Part shown: positions 9,987 through 19,055 of the stretch, piece by piece
How positions within the stretch are numbered: position 1 is the stretch's first letter
Layout of the letters: the number at the start of each line of letters is the position of its first letter
Source: Haliea sp.
GTDB taxonomy: Bacteria > Pseudomonadota > Gammaproteobacteria > Pseudomonadales > Halieaceae
DNA length: 64,000 nt
Reading direction: 5' to 3'
Assembly (NCBI GenBank): GCA_031414375.1
Contig: JANNVJ010000137.1
Location: 22,780 to 86,779, forward strand
Made by a program: the position numbers and the translations under genes
The notes under the pieces: generated by a model
What the model saw: the letters and a program-made list of their open reading frames with translations, nothing else
Database searches by the model: none
What the model was told of the DNA's origin: nothing

Positions 9987-10448
9987 TTAGCCTTGGTCAA
10001 TCGTGAACTGGAACACATCGACCGAAGTTGGGACGCCGGTCAGGATGTTGGTGTTGGACAAGTTCATATCTGCTGCTGAGCGCCCAACAGAACCGTCGAT
10101 ACGCGCCAGGGTGGTTGATACGCCGCCAGCGTCACTGGGATTGGCGCAGTACCTGAACCATCCCGCCACACCATCCGCCAAGCCGTTGCCGCGCCATGTT
10201 TCTAACGCCGCCTTCGACAAAATGCCGCTGACTGGCGCATCAAAGTTGAGGCCATTGGTGGGCGATCCGTGCGCGAACGCACTGCTGTTGAGGGTGACTT
10301 CGAGCAGCAATGTGCCGGTGGCAGCGTTATCGGCTGCTGCCGGTTGGGCACCGCTGTACATGCGGATCACTCCGTTGGTCATCGCTTCTTTGATGCCTGT
10401 AGCATTGAGGATTCCATTACGGAGTCCGGTTGAAAATCGAAGTGACAT
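9987..10448 (-). CDS. Small tail beta-protein, paralogue of 9110-9553
   Basis: Start re-called to MSLRFSTGLRN at 10448 (RBS GGAG upstream); the longer ORF-track extension overlaps the next gene. Confidence 0.7.
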   Translation of the reverse strand: MSLRFSTGLRNGILNATGIKEAMTNGVIRMYSGAQPAAADNAATGTLLLEVTLNSSAFAHGSPTNGLNFDAPVSGILSKAALETWRGNGLADGVAGWFRYCANPSDAGGVSTTLARIDGSVGRSAADMNLSNTNILTGVPTSVDVFQFTIDQG

Positions 10449-10519
10449 AGGGATTTCTCCTGGGTTAGAAACAAAAAACCCGCTATAACGGGCCGGTGGG
10501 TTGAAGAAAAAGGGTTTAA

Positions 10520-11692
10520 CTATCGTGAAAACAGGTACGAAGCGCCTGTATTGCTGCCGTTGTCGTCGTCGCCCAGTGTGCCTATGACGGCCAGGTTGCC
10601 CTGCACCGCCACGGAGGCACCGAAACTGTCGCCGCCAACAGGGACTGGCGCTTCCAGCCTGGATTGCTCGGCCCATACCCCGGCAGACAGGATAAAGACG
10701 TAGGCCGCTTCCTCGCCGACCGATGCAATGACCGCGGTAGAGCCAGACATAGCGACACCCCTGCCGTAGCCACCAAAAAAAGAGTCCAGGGCCGTCGCGC
10801 TGCCGGTAATCTTCTGTGTGAAGTCCCAGGCAGCGCCGGAGCGCAGGAATACATACACTGCCCCGGCATTGGCGTTATCGGCCTCTGCGGACACCATGAT
10901 GTAATCGCCTGAAATAGCCACCGAACCGGCAAATTCGCGCGGATCAGTGCCGGGATTGTCCGGGTCGTTTTGTGTCAGCTTGGCCTGCTCAGTCCATGTG
11001 ATGCCTGACCGATGGAACACATAGGCCGCGCCGTCGTAGGTGGCCCCGTCGCTGTCCTGGTAAGCGCCCGCGATAATATAATCGCCAGAAATGCCCACGC
11101 TATTGCCAAAGCTAGCCCCAGCTACGCCGTCACTGGCCACAATCTTGGCCTGTTCCACCCACGCGCTGCCATTCCAGTGGAACACATACGCTGCGCCCTG
11201 ACTGGAATCATTGCCTGGGGCACCCACGACGAGATAATCCCCATCTATGGCCACGTTATCGCCAAAGGAATCGCCACTGGCCCCATCCGAAGGCGTCAAC
11301 TTGTCGTCAATGGCCCAGCTCGGGTCGCCGGTGGCCACGTAGGCTGCGCCAATACCACTATTTGCAGTTGCGCCTATGACAATGCGGCTGCCTGAAATCG
11401 CAACATCCAGGCCAAATAAGTCGCCGCTCGAACCGTCCACAGGTTCGAAATACCCGTAGTTGGTCCAGACTCCGGTGTCCTTGAAGTGCGCGAACACGCG
11501 GCCAATCCCAATGCCGGGGCCGCCTTGCAGCACGGTGTCGCCGTACACGGCTACGCCATAGCCCGCTTGCTGAAAGGCCGCAACATCCACAACATCCGGC
11601 ACCAGTTTGGTATCAAACGCAAAAGGGTCGGGCGCGGACACACAATTCTCCATACATCCGTCCTCATTGGTCCAAAAACAGGTATCAGACAT
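10520..11692 (-). CDS. FG-GAP repeat beta-propeller protein (390 aa), putative receptor-binding/adhesion protein
   Basis: Seven repeats of FG-x-x-V-A-I-x-G-D...G-A...G-A-A-Y-V-F...W. Confidence 0.85.
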   Translation of the reverse strand: MSDTCFWTNEDGCMENCVSAPDPFAFDTKLVPDVVDVAAFQQAGYGVAVYGDTVLQGGPGIGIGRVFAHFKDTGVWTNYGYFEPVDGSSGDLFGLDVAISGSRIVIGATANSGIGAAYVATGDPSWAIDDKLTPSDGASGDSFGDNVAIDGDYLVVGAPGNDSSQGAAYVFHWNGSAWVEQAKIVASDGVAGASFGNSVGISGDYIIAGAYQDSDGATYDGAAYVFHRSGITWTEQAKLTQNDPDNPGTDPREFAGSVAISGDYIMVSAEADNANAGAVYVFLRSGAAWDFTQKITGSATALDSFFGGYGRGVAMSGSTAVIASVGEEAAYVFILSAGVWAEQSRLEAPVPVGGDSFGASVAVQGNLAVIGTLGDDDNGSNTGASYLFSR

Positions 11693-12632
11693 AAGCGTTA
11701 TCGGCCTCGCCGCCTCCGGTCGTCACAATGATGGCCTGCTTGTTGCCCTTGCGTCTTGTCACCGCAAGGCAGGCTCTTGTGCCGGGCGGTACGCTAACGA
11801 ATTCCTCCGTCATTGCCTCGAAAGGCAGCGCCCGGCACAGGCCTCTTGCGGTCCAGAAATACACGCGGCCTTGGTCATAGTGGTATTGGCCGGCAATCAC
11901 GCCGTAGTTGGCTAGTGCTCCAAAAGCATCCTGCACATAGGCGTGAATGGTTTTGTCGGTACCCACCACAACGCCAGAATCAGTGGCCGCCAGCAACACA
12001 ACGCGACCAGGTACCGGGATATAGTCCATCGCCAGATCCCAGCGGGACCAGAAAAACGGCTTCGAGCGGAAGATAAACGACTGATCCGAAACCGTATCGT
12101 AGTAGGACAGCCATACCGAACCCTGAAAGAAGGCGACACATTCGGTATTGGCTGGCGGTGCAGACGTACCAATGTCGGCCTCGTCGGTGTTCAGTGTTTG
12201 ACCTTGAGCGTCGAAGGTCTGTTCATCATCGGATCCCCACTCGCCATAGGGCGTAAAGGTGTCGGCGTGAATGATCCCGTTGACCGCCCCGGAGCAGAAT
12301 AGGTGCCCGCCGTTCTCAGCCCACCAGACTTCCCCAGTCGGAATATTGATTGCCAGTACCTGAGTGACCACAGGTGCCAATGACAGTACGCGCTTAAGGA
12401 TTCCGCCGTCGACCACATACAGATCGCGCTCGTCCCTGGTGGCGTAGGCCGCTGTTACCGCAGTCAATCCCTCGATTGCCGCATAGCCTTTCCTGCGCTC
12501 GATTGCCCCTGTGTCATCAATGTCGATGTTTTCGGCGACGACCAGGGCGCCCAATGGAAGCCTGGCAGGCCTGTCAGTGTTGCGCAGCCCAAGAAACTGC
12601 TTCGTTTCCAGTGTCGGCTCGTTGTCGGGCAT
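11685..12632 (-). CDS. Putative tail nozzle/tubular protein
   Basis: FLGLRN...AENIDIDDTGAIERRKGY N-terminus; follows the adaptor gene; start at 12632 gives a TAATG overlap. Confidence 0.55.
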   Translation of the reverse strand: MPDNEPTLETKQFLGLRNTDRPARLPLGALVVAENIDIDDTGAIERRKGYAAIEGLTAVTAAYATRDERDLYVVDGGILKRVLSLAPVVTQVLAINIPTGEVWWAENGGHLFCSGAVNGIIHADTFTPYGEWGSDDEQTFDAQGQTLNTDEADIGTSAPPANTECVAFFQGSVWLSYYDTVSDQSFIFRSKPFFWSRWDLAMDYIPVPGRVVLLAATDSGVVVGTDKTIHAYVQDAFGALANYGVIAGQYHYDQGRVYFWTARGLCRALPFEAMTEEFVSVPPGTRACLAVTRRKGNKQAIIVTTGGGEADNAYV

Positions 12633-13393
12633 TAGAACCAAACGCCTCGAGGACGGCGTCGGCCGGACTGATGGTATTCCAGTTCAAGGACTAGGTTGGT
12701 CGGCCTGGGTCCTACGTTGCGCTCGAATAACTTGGCGAATCTCAGAGATAGATCAGGGTCTTTAGTGTCAGCGTCGTTCTTCATGTAGGCCAGGGCGCAC
12801 ATATGATCGAGACAATCCGCCAGGTACTGCTGGGGTATCTCGGGGACACCATCTTCGATCACCTCCAGAGGCAGGCGGATCACGTCCAGCATGATTGTGC
12901 CGTCTACCGTAGGAAGACCCACCAGCTGCAGCCGCCTCGAGGTACGCTCACAGACAAACTCCCGTGGTGCGTCGGTGGTATTCGTGCGCCAGGTGCTCGA
13001 GCCCTCATCCATGAACTGCTCAGAGTTGGCAATAAGCACCTTGGCCGGCAATACCGTGTCATCCCACCACACACGACTGATCGACAACACTCGCCGGTCA
13101 ACGGTAATGGAATTGGTCCCGGCGGTGATCGCGTAGCTGGTCAAACCAACCGTGTCGCGCCCGGAATCCCGAATACACTGGGTCCGCAAGGCCACTTCCT
13201 TGATCGCCTCGTTGGCAAAGTGCACCAGTTCGGCGGTGGTCCACAGCAAATCGCTCTCGTCGGCGTCCTCTGCTGCCTGCTGGATCAGCTCCAGGTTGGT
13301 CGTGGGAATGGCGGCGACCGGCGACACATCATCCAGGCGTAACCTGACGTGCTCCACCATGTCGCAGATAGTCGTGATCGCCGCACTCACCAT
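12632..13393 (-). CDS. Putative head-tail adaptor
   Basis: RLRLDD...LWTTAELVHFANEAIKEV motif and C-terminal IPQQY...MCALAYMKND; position after head genes. Confidence 0.6.
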   Translation of the reverse strand: MVSAAITTICDMVEHVRLRLDDVSPVAAIPTTNLELIQQAAEDADESDLLWTTAELVHFANEAIKEVALRTQCIRDSGRDTVGLTSYAITAGTNSITVDRRVLSISRVWWDDTVLPAKVLIANSEQFMDEGSSTWRTNTTDAPREFVCERTSRRLQLVGLPTVDGTIMLDVIRLPLEVIEDGVPEIPQQYLADCLDHMCALAYMKNDADTKDPDLSLRFAKLFERNVGPRPTNLVLELEYHQSGRRRPRGVWF

Positions 13394-13399
13394 GGACTA

Positions 13400-13861
13400 T
13401 TACTCCGGTTTGGCGGTGAAGGTTTCCCATGCCGCTTTCAGTACCGCAACCGTTACCTCGCGGTCTGGAAAGTGCGCGCGCACACTGTTGACCTTGGGCA
13501 TTCCCTTCTCGGAAAAGTCGGCTTCCTTGTCCAGTGCCGGCAGGATCGTGACAATTTCCTCTGCGGTAACAGGGCCGGTCAGGGGCACATTGCCACCAGC
13601 GGCAGCAAGGGCGGCGGCAGCTGCTTCTTCTGCGGCCAATTCTTCAGCGGTCTTGGGATCTGGCGCCTTGGGCGCTTCCGGGCGTTTCACTACTGGTTTA
13701 TCGGCCGGCACCCATACATCCGGGTACTGGAACAGCTTCACAGCCACATCGGACTCAACGTCCTGGACGTTATCTTCCTGGGTCCAAATAGTGAGGGTGT
13801 TACAAATCGTGTCTCGCTTTATCAGTTTTTGACCGATATAGCGCACTTTGACAGTAGCCAT
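13400..13861 (-). CDS. Conserved 933W-like head-region protein
   Basis: VRYIGQKLIKRDT...FQYPDVW resembles the 933W-type gene after the capsid decoration gene. Confidence 0.55.
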   Translation of the reverse strand: MATVKVRYIGQKLIKRDTICNTLTIWTQEDNVQDVESDVAVKLFQYPDVWVPADKPVVKRPEAPKAPDPKTAEELAAEEAAAAALAAAGGNVPLTGPVTAEEIVTILPALDKEADFSEKGMPKVNSVRAHFPDREVTVAVLKAAWETFTAKPE

Positions 13862-13921
13862 GAGGCCTCCTGAATTGAATTAGTGAGGCGGCCAACACCG
13901 GCCCGCCTCGGGGTTGTGGGC

Positions 13922-14341
13922 TTACTGACCCAAGTAGTCGTACTCTACAAACAGATCAACTTGGCCGGTAGCAACAGCGCCAGCGGTAGAAAGCGTCAAT
14001 TCAACGCCATTACCTTGAGCGATGTTAATTGGTCCAAGAACCATACTGTTTGCCAGTGCTGCTGCGCTGGTGTCCAGGTTGTTGAAGAAACCATCCAGCA
14101 CAGCGGTTCCATCAGTAGAGCGCAAATACCGATAACCAATATCCAGCGTATTGCCAGTGCCAAGATCGGCTGATTTCAGCGATATGCGATGGATTTTGAT
14201 GCTGCCGGGCAACTGGCCAAGCAACATCAGGTCGGTGGTTGCCAATGCAGCAAGAGTTACGGCGAAGTGGGCAACGCGGGCGTTACCGTACTCTCCGTTC
14301 TGCTGCGCGTTTTTGTAGCCGGGGCACTGAAGTTCTGCCAT
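13922..14341 (-). CDS. Putative capsid decoration/cement protein
   Basis: Directly after the capsid gene; GEYGNA...LLGQLPGSIKIHRISL...ATGQVDLFVEY. Confidence 0.6.
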   Translation of the reverse strand: MAELQCPGYKNAQQNGEYGNARVAHFAVTLAALATTDLMLLGQLPGSIKIHRISLKSADLGTGNTLDIGYRYLRSTDGTAVLDGFFNNLDTSAAALANSMVLGPINIAQGNGVELTLSTAGAVATGQVDLFVEYDYLGQ

Positions 14342-14429
14342 GGTCTTTTACTCCGTAAAGAAAGAATTGTGCGGCGGCCCATTGTGCAGGCCGCTGCGGT
14401 TGTCACGCTCCGCTATAAGCGGGAGTGGG

Positions 14430-15656
14430 TTATGAGCTAACTGCGGTGTCCAGAACCATGACGCCGTGATCGTTCACACGACCGTCAGTGCCCTGGAATT
14501 GGATTTTCGACTTGCCGTTCATCCAGCTGATCGACATTTCGTTGCGGTTGCCGTGATCGGTTTCTTCCTCGTTCATTCCGAAGTAGTAACCACCACCCTT
14601 GCCGCCAGTCGCGCCGTAGGCATCTGCCAAGGCTTGAGCGCCCAGCAGGATCGCGCGCTCAACACGCACAGTGGCGGTCGAGGTTGAGAGAGCTGCATCA
14701 GCACTGTTGGTGCACACGGATACCACGGTGCCCGCGTTGAAGCGGATAGGACGTGGTTGCTTTTTGACGAGGATGTTTTGCCACATCACGCCTTCACCAC
14801 GGAACAGCGGGTGACTCCAGCCTGCGCTGCGATCCCGGGCCTGCACCATCAGGGCACGCCAATCAGCACCGCTGGTAGCGATCCAGAAGTCGTACCACTG
14901 TCGCGGAGTAATCCACAAACAGTGAAACGGGCTGTCCTCGGCCATTGGGTCGCCTTCCATGCGGATCGGCTGCAGCGGGAACGCCATTTCATCCAGCGCC
15001 AGGCGAATACGATCTATCGCTGACAGGGTGAACTTGTCGCTGCTGTCCAGGGTTGCGATCGTAGTTGCATCGCCGCCATAGAAATGCCGGTCGTAGGTAG
15101 GAGGCCTCACGGTGTTGACCATGATTTCCGCAAAGTCTGCATCCGTTGCCAGGGGCAGGATCCAGTCTGCGTCAACGTGATCACCACGTGCACCAGCCAA
15201 TTGAACCAGAGTGATTTGGTCAGCCAGCCGGGTGTAGTAAGGCGCCAGCAAGGTTTTTGCTGTCAGCTTGAGGTTGTGCTTGGTGCGTTGCTGCGACATT
15301 TTGCCGCCGGAATCCACCAGAGTACGGCCCTGGTTGATCTTCAGCGAAAAGCTCGCATATTTCAGGTTCACGCCTTTACCGGCGATGATTTTGTCACCCA
15401 TCACAGGCTTCTGGCGCAGTTGGTGGAAAATATCCATCGTCACTTCGTCGCCGGCGTTCTTTTCGAGGTCGGTAACTCGGATGATGGGAGCGCCTGCAGC
15501 AGTCTGCCCTTTCGCTTTTCGTGCTTCACCGGACAGCGAGGGCGCTGCACCAGTTTGCATGTTGGCGAATGAAACAGCCCGCGAGGACTCCAGGAACAGC
15601 GCGGCATTGAACAACTTGTTCGCAATGCTGGCGCCAGTAGGTACGCTAGTAGACAT
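14430..15656 (-). CDS. Major capsid protein, N4-gp56/933W family
   Basis: GAPIIRVTDLEKNAGDEVT, FSLKINQGR, GGKMSQQRT, HPLFRGE, ERAILLGAQAL, DHGVMVLDTAV. Confidence 0.92.
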   Translation of the reverse strand: MSTSVPTGASIANKLFNAALFLESSRAVSFANMQTGAAPSLSGEARKAKGQTAAGAPIIRVTDLEKNAGDEVTMDIFHQLRQKPVMGDKIIAGKGVNLKYASFSLKINQGRTLVDSGGKMSQQRTKHNLKLTAKTLLAPYYTRLADQITLVQLAGARGDHVDADWILPLATDADFAEIMVNTVRPPTYDRHFYGGDATTIATLDSSDKFTLSAIDRIRLALDEMAFPLQPIRMEGDPMAEDSPFHCLWITPRQWYDFWIATSGADWRALMVQARDRSAGWSHPLFRGEGVMWQNILVKKQPRPIRFNAGTVVSVCTNSADAALSTSTATVRVERAILLGAQALADAYGATGGKGGGYYFGMNEEETDHGNRNEMSISWMNGKSKIQFQGTDGRVNDHGVMVLDTAVSS

Positions 15657-15682
15657 AGAATGTCTCCTTCAAATGGTATCGT

Positions 15683-16663
15683 TTAGGTAAGAATTGACGT
15701 GAGCACTTCGTCCATTGACTTGCCTGACGCTGTAGCTCTGGCGAGAAAAGCCTCAATTTCTGACTCACTCGCGTTTTCAAGCTGTTCAATGACAGATTTC
15801 GTCTGGCCGGGTACTTCACCGCCAACATCGGTTAGTGAGTTGGGCGCTACACGTCGAGCCGCCAGGAGGGCAGCTGCGGCGCGCGCGTCTATATCGGCTT
15901 GGGTCTGAGCAGAGGACTGCTCACCCAAAGCGAGTTTCGTCCTGCGTACAATTTCAGGAATGCGTTGCTCTGATGACTTGCCGATCCATGCGGGATCTAC
16001 ATCCAGCACGGCGTTGACCGTTTCCACGACATTCCAATGGGCGTCACTCTGGGCCCACCTCAAGGTGTCGGGATTGGCGGCATACGGATTGGTTGCAGCG
16101 GGCGCTTCGATCGGTGCCGGAGTCAGTGGTTGCACGCCGGCCGTGGCCAGCTGTTCACGCAGTTCAGCAATCTGCTGCAGTGCGATCCCAGCGGCCAAAC
16201 CTACATCACCGAAGTCCTCAAGCTCTTTGAGTTGTTCCGCTGTGTAACGGATCTTCTCGGGGAGGTCTTTCGGGGCAATGTTGGCTTCTTCGAGTTGCTG
16301 TTTCAGTAGCTCAATTTCTCGAGACTGATCACCCAGCTGCCCTTTTAGCGCCGTATTTGTGAGGCGCTCGTTTTCCAATACGCTAAACGGGATATGGTTC
16401 TTTCCGTCTTTGGCGAGGACTACCGGCGGTTCTTCAACGACCGGTGCGGGTTCTAACGGATCTACCAACGGCGCGATGGCCGCTGGATCTGGCTCGCTCT
16501 GACTGGGCGTAAGGTCAGCAAGCGGATCGGGATCCGCTATGGTTTCGCCACTTGCAACGAACGCCAGCGCTTCTTCTTCAGTTGCGCCGTCCTCGATCTT
16601 GGTTAAAACCTTGTCAATGTCCTCGAGACTTCCGGACTCCAATATCTTGTCTAAGTCACTCAT
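15683..16663 (-). CDS. Scaffolding protein
   Basis: Acidic, between portal and capsid; KDGKNHIPFSVLENER motif and coiled coil. Confidence 0.8.
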   Translation of the reverse strand: MSDLDKILESGSLEDIDKVLTKIEDGATEEEALAFVASGETIADPDPLADLTPSQSEPDPAAIAPLVDPLEPAPVVEEPPVVLAKDGKNHIPFSVLENERLTNTALKGQLGDQSREIELLKQQLEEANIAPKDLPEKIRYTAEQLKELEDFGDVGLAAGIALQQIAELREQLATAGVQPLTPAPIEAPAATNPYAANPDTLRWAQSDAHWNVVETVNAVLDVDPAWIGKSSEQRIPEIVRRTKLALGEQSSAQTQADIDARAAAALLAARRVAPNSLTDVGGEVPGQTKSVIEQLENASESEIEAFLARATASGKSMDEVLTSILT

Positions 16664-16747
16664 TACTGCACTCCGCCATTTGTCGCATGACTGCGTGGGT
16701 TTTCGGTTTTGCGGTCACGACTTCCGCATTCGTGAAATTCCGGGCAC

Positions 16748-16772
16748 AAAAAAGCCCGCTCGGGGCGGGCTT
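16748..16772 (-). terminator. Rho-independent terminator between portal and scaffold
   Basis: Minus strand: AAGCCCGC-CCGA-GCGGGC-TTTTTT. Confidence 0.75.
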
Positions 16773-16853
16773 CTTGAAAGCAACTCATGTGTTGCTTTTT
16801 GCTGAAATCTGGCTAATTTCCCTTGGATTTCTCCAAAAGAAACTTATTCGTTG

Positions 16854-19055
16854 CTATCTGGTGGCAACGGCTTTCGCGGCTGGCTTCTTCTCTTGGCCTG
16901 GCCTGGGCAGCGCTTTCATGCGCATCACATCAGGCAGCACGGACTCGTAGGCTTTGACGGTGGCCTCGCCATCGGTCACTTTGTCGTTGAGCGTGCGCGT
17001 CATATCGGACATTTGCTGAGTGAGCTCCCGCATTTGGAGCAATATCTGGTCGGTTTCTGCGTCGGTTTTGCGGTCCGCATAGCGCTGGCTATTGGTCTTG
17101 GAGTCGGTGTTTTCGGCTGTTGACTGGTTCTTGGCCGCTTCGGCTTTCAGTTTGTTGACTGTCTCTCGCAGCTGCTCGAGGGCCAGTGACTCGGTTTCGG
17201 CCTGGACTTGCTGCTTGCGCTTCATTTCGGCAGCTTCTTCCGGCGTCATATCAGCCGGATCAACACCAGTACCAGTGATCTTGCGAATGCGCTTGACCAG
17301 TTCCTCGCGCTGGGGAATGTCGGTGGAGTCAACGATAATATCGAGCACCGCAGCCTTTATATCGTCGGGCAGCGTGGCGGCCAGCTCGAACAGGCGGGCA
17401 GATACCTGTGCACGGTAGCCGGCGGTGGCCTGAATGTCGTCCAGAACCACTTGCTTCTTGCTGCGCTGCACATCGTTGGTGATAAAGCCATCGTCGGTGC
17501 GCTGGTTGAGCGAAATGATCTTGGTTTTGTCTGCTTTGCCGACATTGGTAGCGACTTCTTGCGGCTCGCGGCCCATGTCCTGCTCAATCAACGCCATCAG
17601 CTGCTCGCCTACCAGGCGCCGGCCAAAGCGGTAATTGTCATTGAGCTCGGCCAGGGTGGTGCCGCCTTGCTCAATCAGGCTTGCGATTGCCACGCCAGAG
17701 TCAGCGCCGCCGTCCTGCTTGCCCATCAGGGCAGAGAATACCCCGGCGGTTTCCTGAATCATCTTCTGCGCTTCGACCATGATTTCAAATTGCTGGCTGG
17801 CCAGCTGGAAGTCCTGCTCGACGCGAAAGGCGTACTGGTCCTTGTTCACCCTGGAAGGGTTCAATAGGATGACGCCATCCGGGCGCTGTACCTCGTCCGT
17901 CAGTTCCTCGATCGACATGGTGCTCGCGTCTTTGTCCATGATCACGCGCTTGGCCGAGAGCAACCACATCATTTTGCTGCGTCTGGCATTCACCTCGTCC
18001 TGCGGACTCATCATCCTGCGGATCAGGCCGTACGGTATCCCGGTGCCATCCTCGCGAAAGCCCCACAATGGGATATAGGGAAAGCTGTCATGCGGCAATG
18101 GACTGGGTAAATCGACAATCCGGTGGCATCCCATGAAGTAGCACAGGCGCATCTTGGGGAATGTCCCGACTATCGGCTGCGCGGCCTTCGATGCAATGGC
18201 GACATTGTGCAGCGGGTTGGCTTTGTTGTACTCGATCACGCGGCCGTCATTCAGTTTCAATACGGTGCCCGACTGGTATTTGCGATACCACACCTCGAAC
18301 ACGCGAATCCGGCGCCGGTCAGTGTCCCACCAGGTTGATGGATCAAGTACTGTTTCTTGGCTTTCGGCGTAGGCGTGGGACAGTTGAATAAGATTCTGCG
18401 GCTGATTGTCGGACCATGCACCAAAGTTCCGCCAGCCATTGACTGACAGACCGATCAGCTCCTTGTGCATCGGGAACGCCAGTAGCGCGCGGTCCTCGTC
18501 CAGCCAGCGATCCCGCACCAGATACCGGCAGTCTTTCAAATCAGGCCGCTTGGCGTGCCAATCCCATGAAATCTCATTTCGAGACACATAGTTGACGCGG
18601 TACGGGGAGTCGAACGGATCGCTGTTGCGGTTCACTTCCACCCAGCCAAGCCCGGTCTTTACTTGAGCGGCGTAGGCATCAGCACACCCGCGATCAGCCA
18701 GCGACGTACGCGATGCCTCGTTCAGCTTCTCGCTCAGAGCCTCCGCGACCTCGATGGAGTCATCGTTGTCCGGGCGCACAATCCAATTGGTTCGTGTCTT
18801 GGCCTCGATGCCGAGCACAGCGTCGATGGTTGGACCAATGAGATTGAACACCAGCGGTGCCTGGCCGCGGTCCTTCAACGACTGCAGTACCTGGGGAGTC
18901 AGTTGCTTGCCATCATAGTAAGCCGCCGCCGTTTGCGCCTCGTCACGCCAAACCGGCTGCATACTGATTTCATTCAGCATGGACTCGAGTTTATCCAGAG
19001 GCAGCCCATCGGGAGCCTGGGCTTCGTCAACCGCTGTCTGCATTAAGCTCTCCAA
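16854..19055 (-). CDS. Portal protein, P22/933W type (733 aa)
   Basis: YYDGKQL, FNLIGPTIDAVLGIE, GLGWVEV, QDEVNARRSK and C-terminal coiled-coil barrel. Confidence 0.92.
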   Translation of the reverse strand: MESLMQTAVDEAQAPDGLPLDKLESMLNEISMQPVWRDEAQTAAAYYDGKQLTPQVLQSLKDRGQAPLVFNLIGPTIDAVLGIEAKTRTNWIVRPDNDDSIEVAEALSEKLNEASRTSLADRGCADAYAAQVKTGLGWVEVNRNSDPFDSPYRVNYVSRNEISWDWHAKRPDLKDCRYLVRDRWLDEDRALLAFPMHKELIGLSVNGWRNFGAWSDNQPQNLIQLSHAYAESQETVLDPSTWWDTDRRRIRVFEVWYRKYQSGTVLKLNDGRVIEYNKANPLHNVAIASKAAQPIVGTFPKMRLCYFMGCHRIVDLPSPLPHDSFPYIPLWGFREDGTGIPYGLIRRMMSPQDEVNARRSKMMWLLSAKRVIMDKDASTMSIEELTDEVQRPDGVILLNPSRVNKDQYAFRVEQDFQLASQQFEIMVEAQKMIQETAGVFSALMGKQDGGADSGVAIASLIEQGGTTLAELNDNYRFGRRLVGEQLMALIEQDMGREPQEVATNVGKADKTKIISLNQRTDDGFITNDVQRSKKQVVLDDIQATAGYRAQVSARLFELAATLPDDIKAAVLDIIVDSTDIPQREELVKRIRKITGTGVDPADMTPEEAAEMKRKQQVQAETESLALEQLRETVNKLKAEAAKNQSTAENTDSKTNSQRYADRKTDAETDQILLQMRELTQQMSDMTRTLNDKVTDGEATVKAYESVLPDVMRMKALPRPGQEKKPAAKAVATR

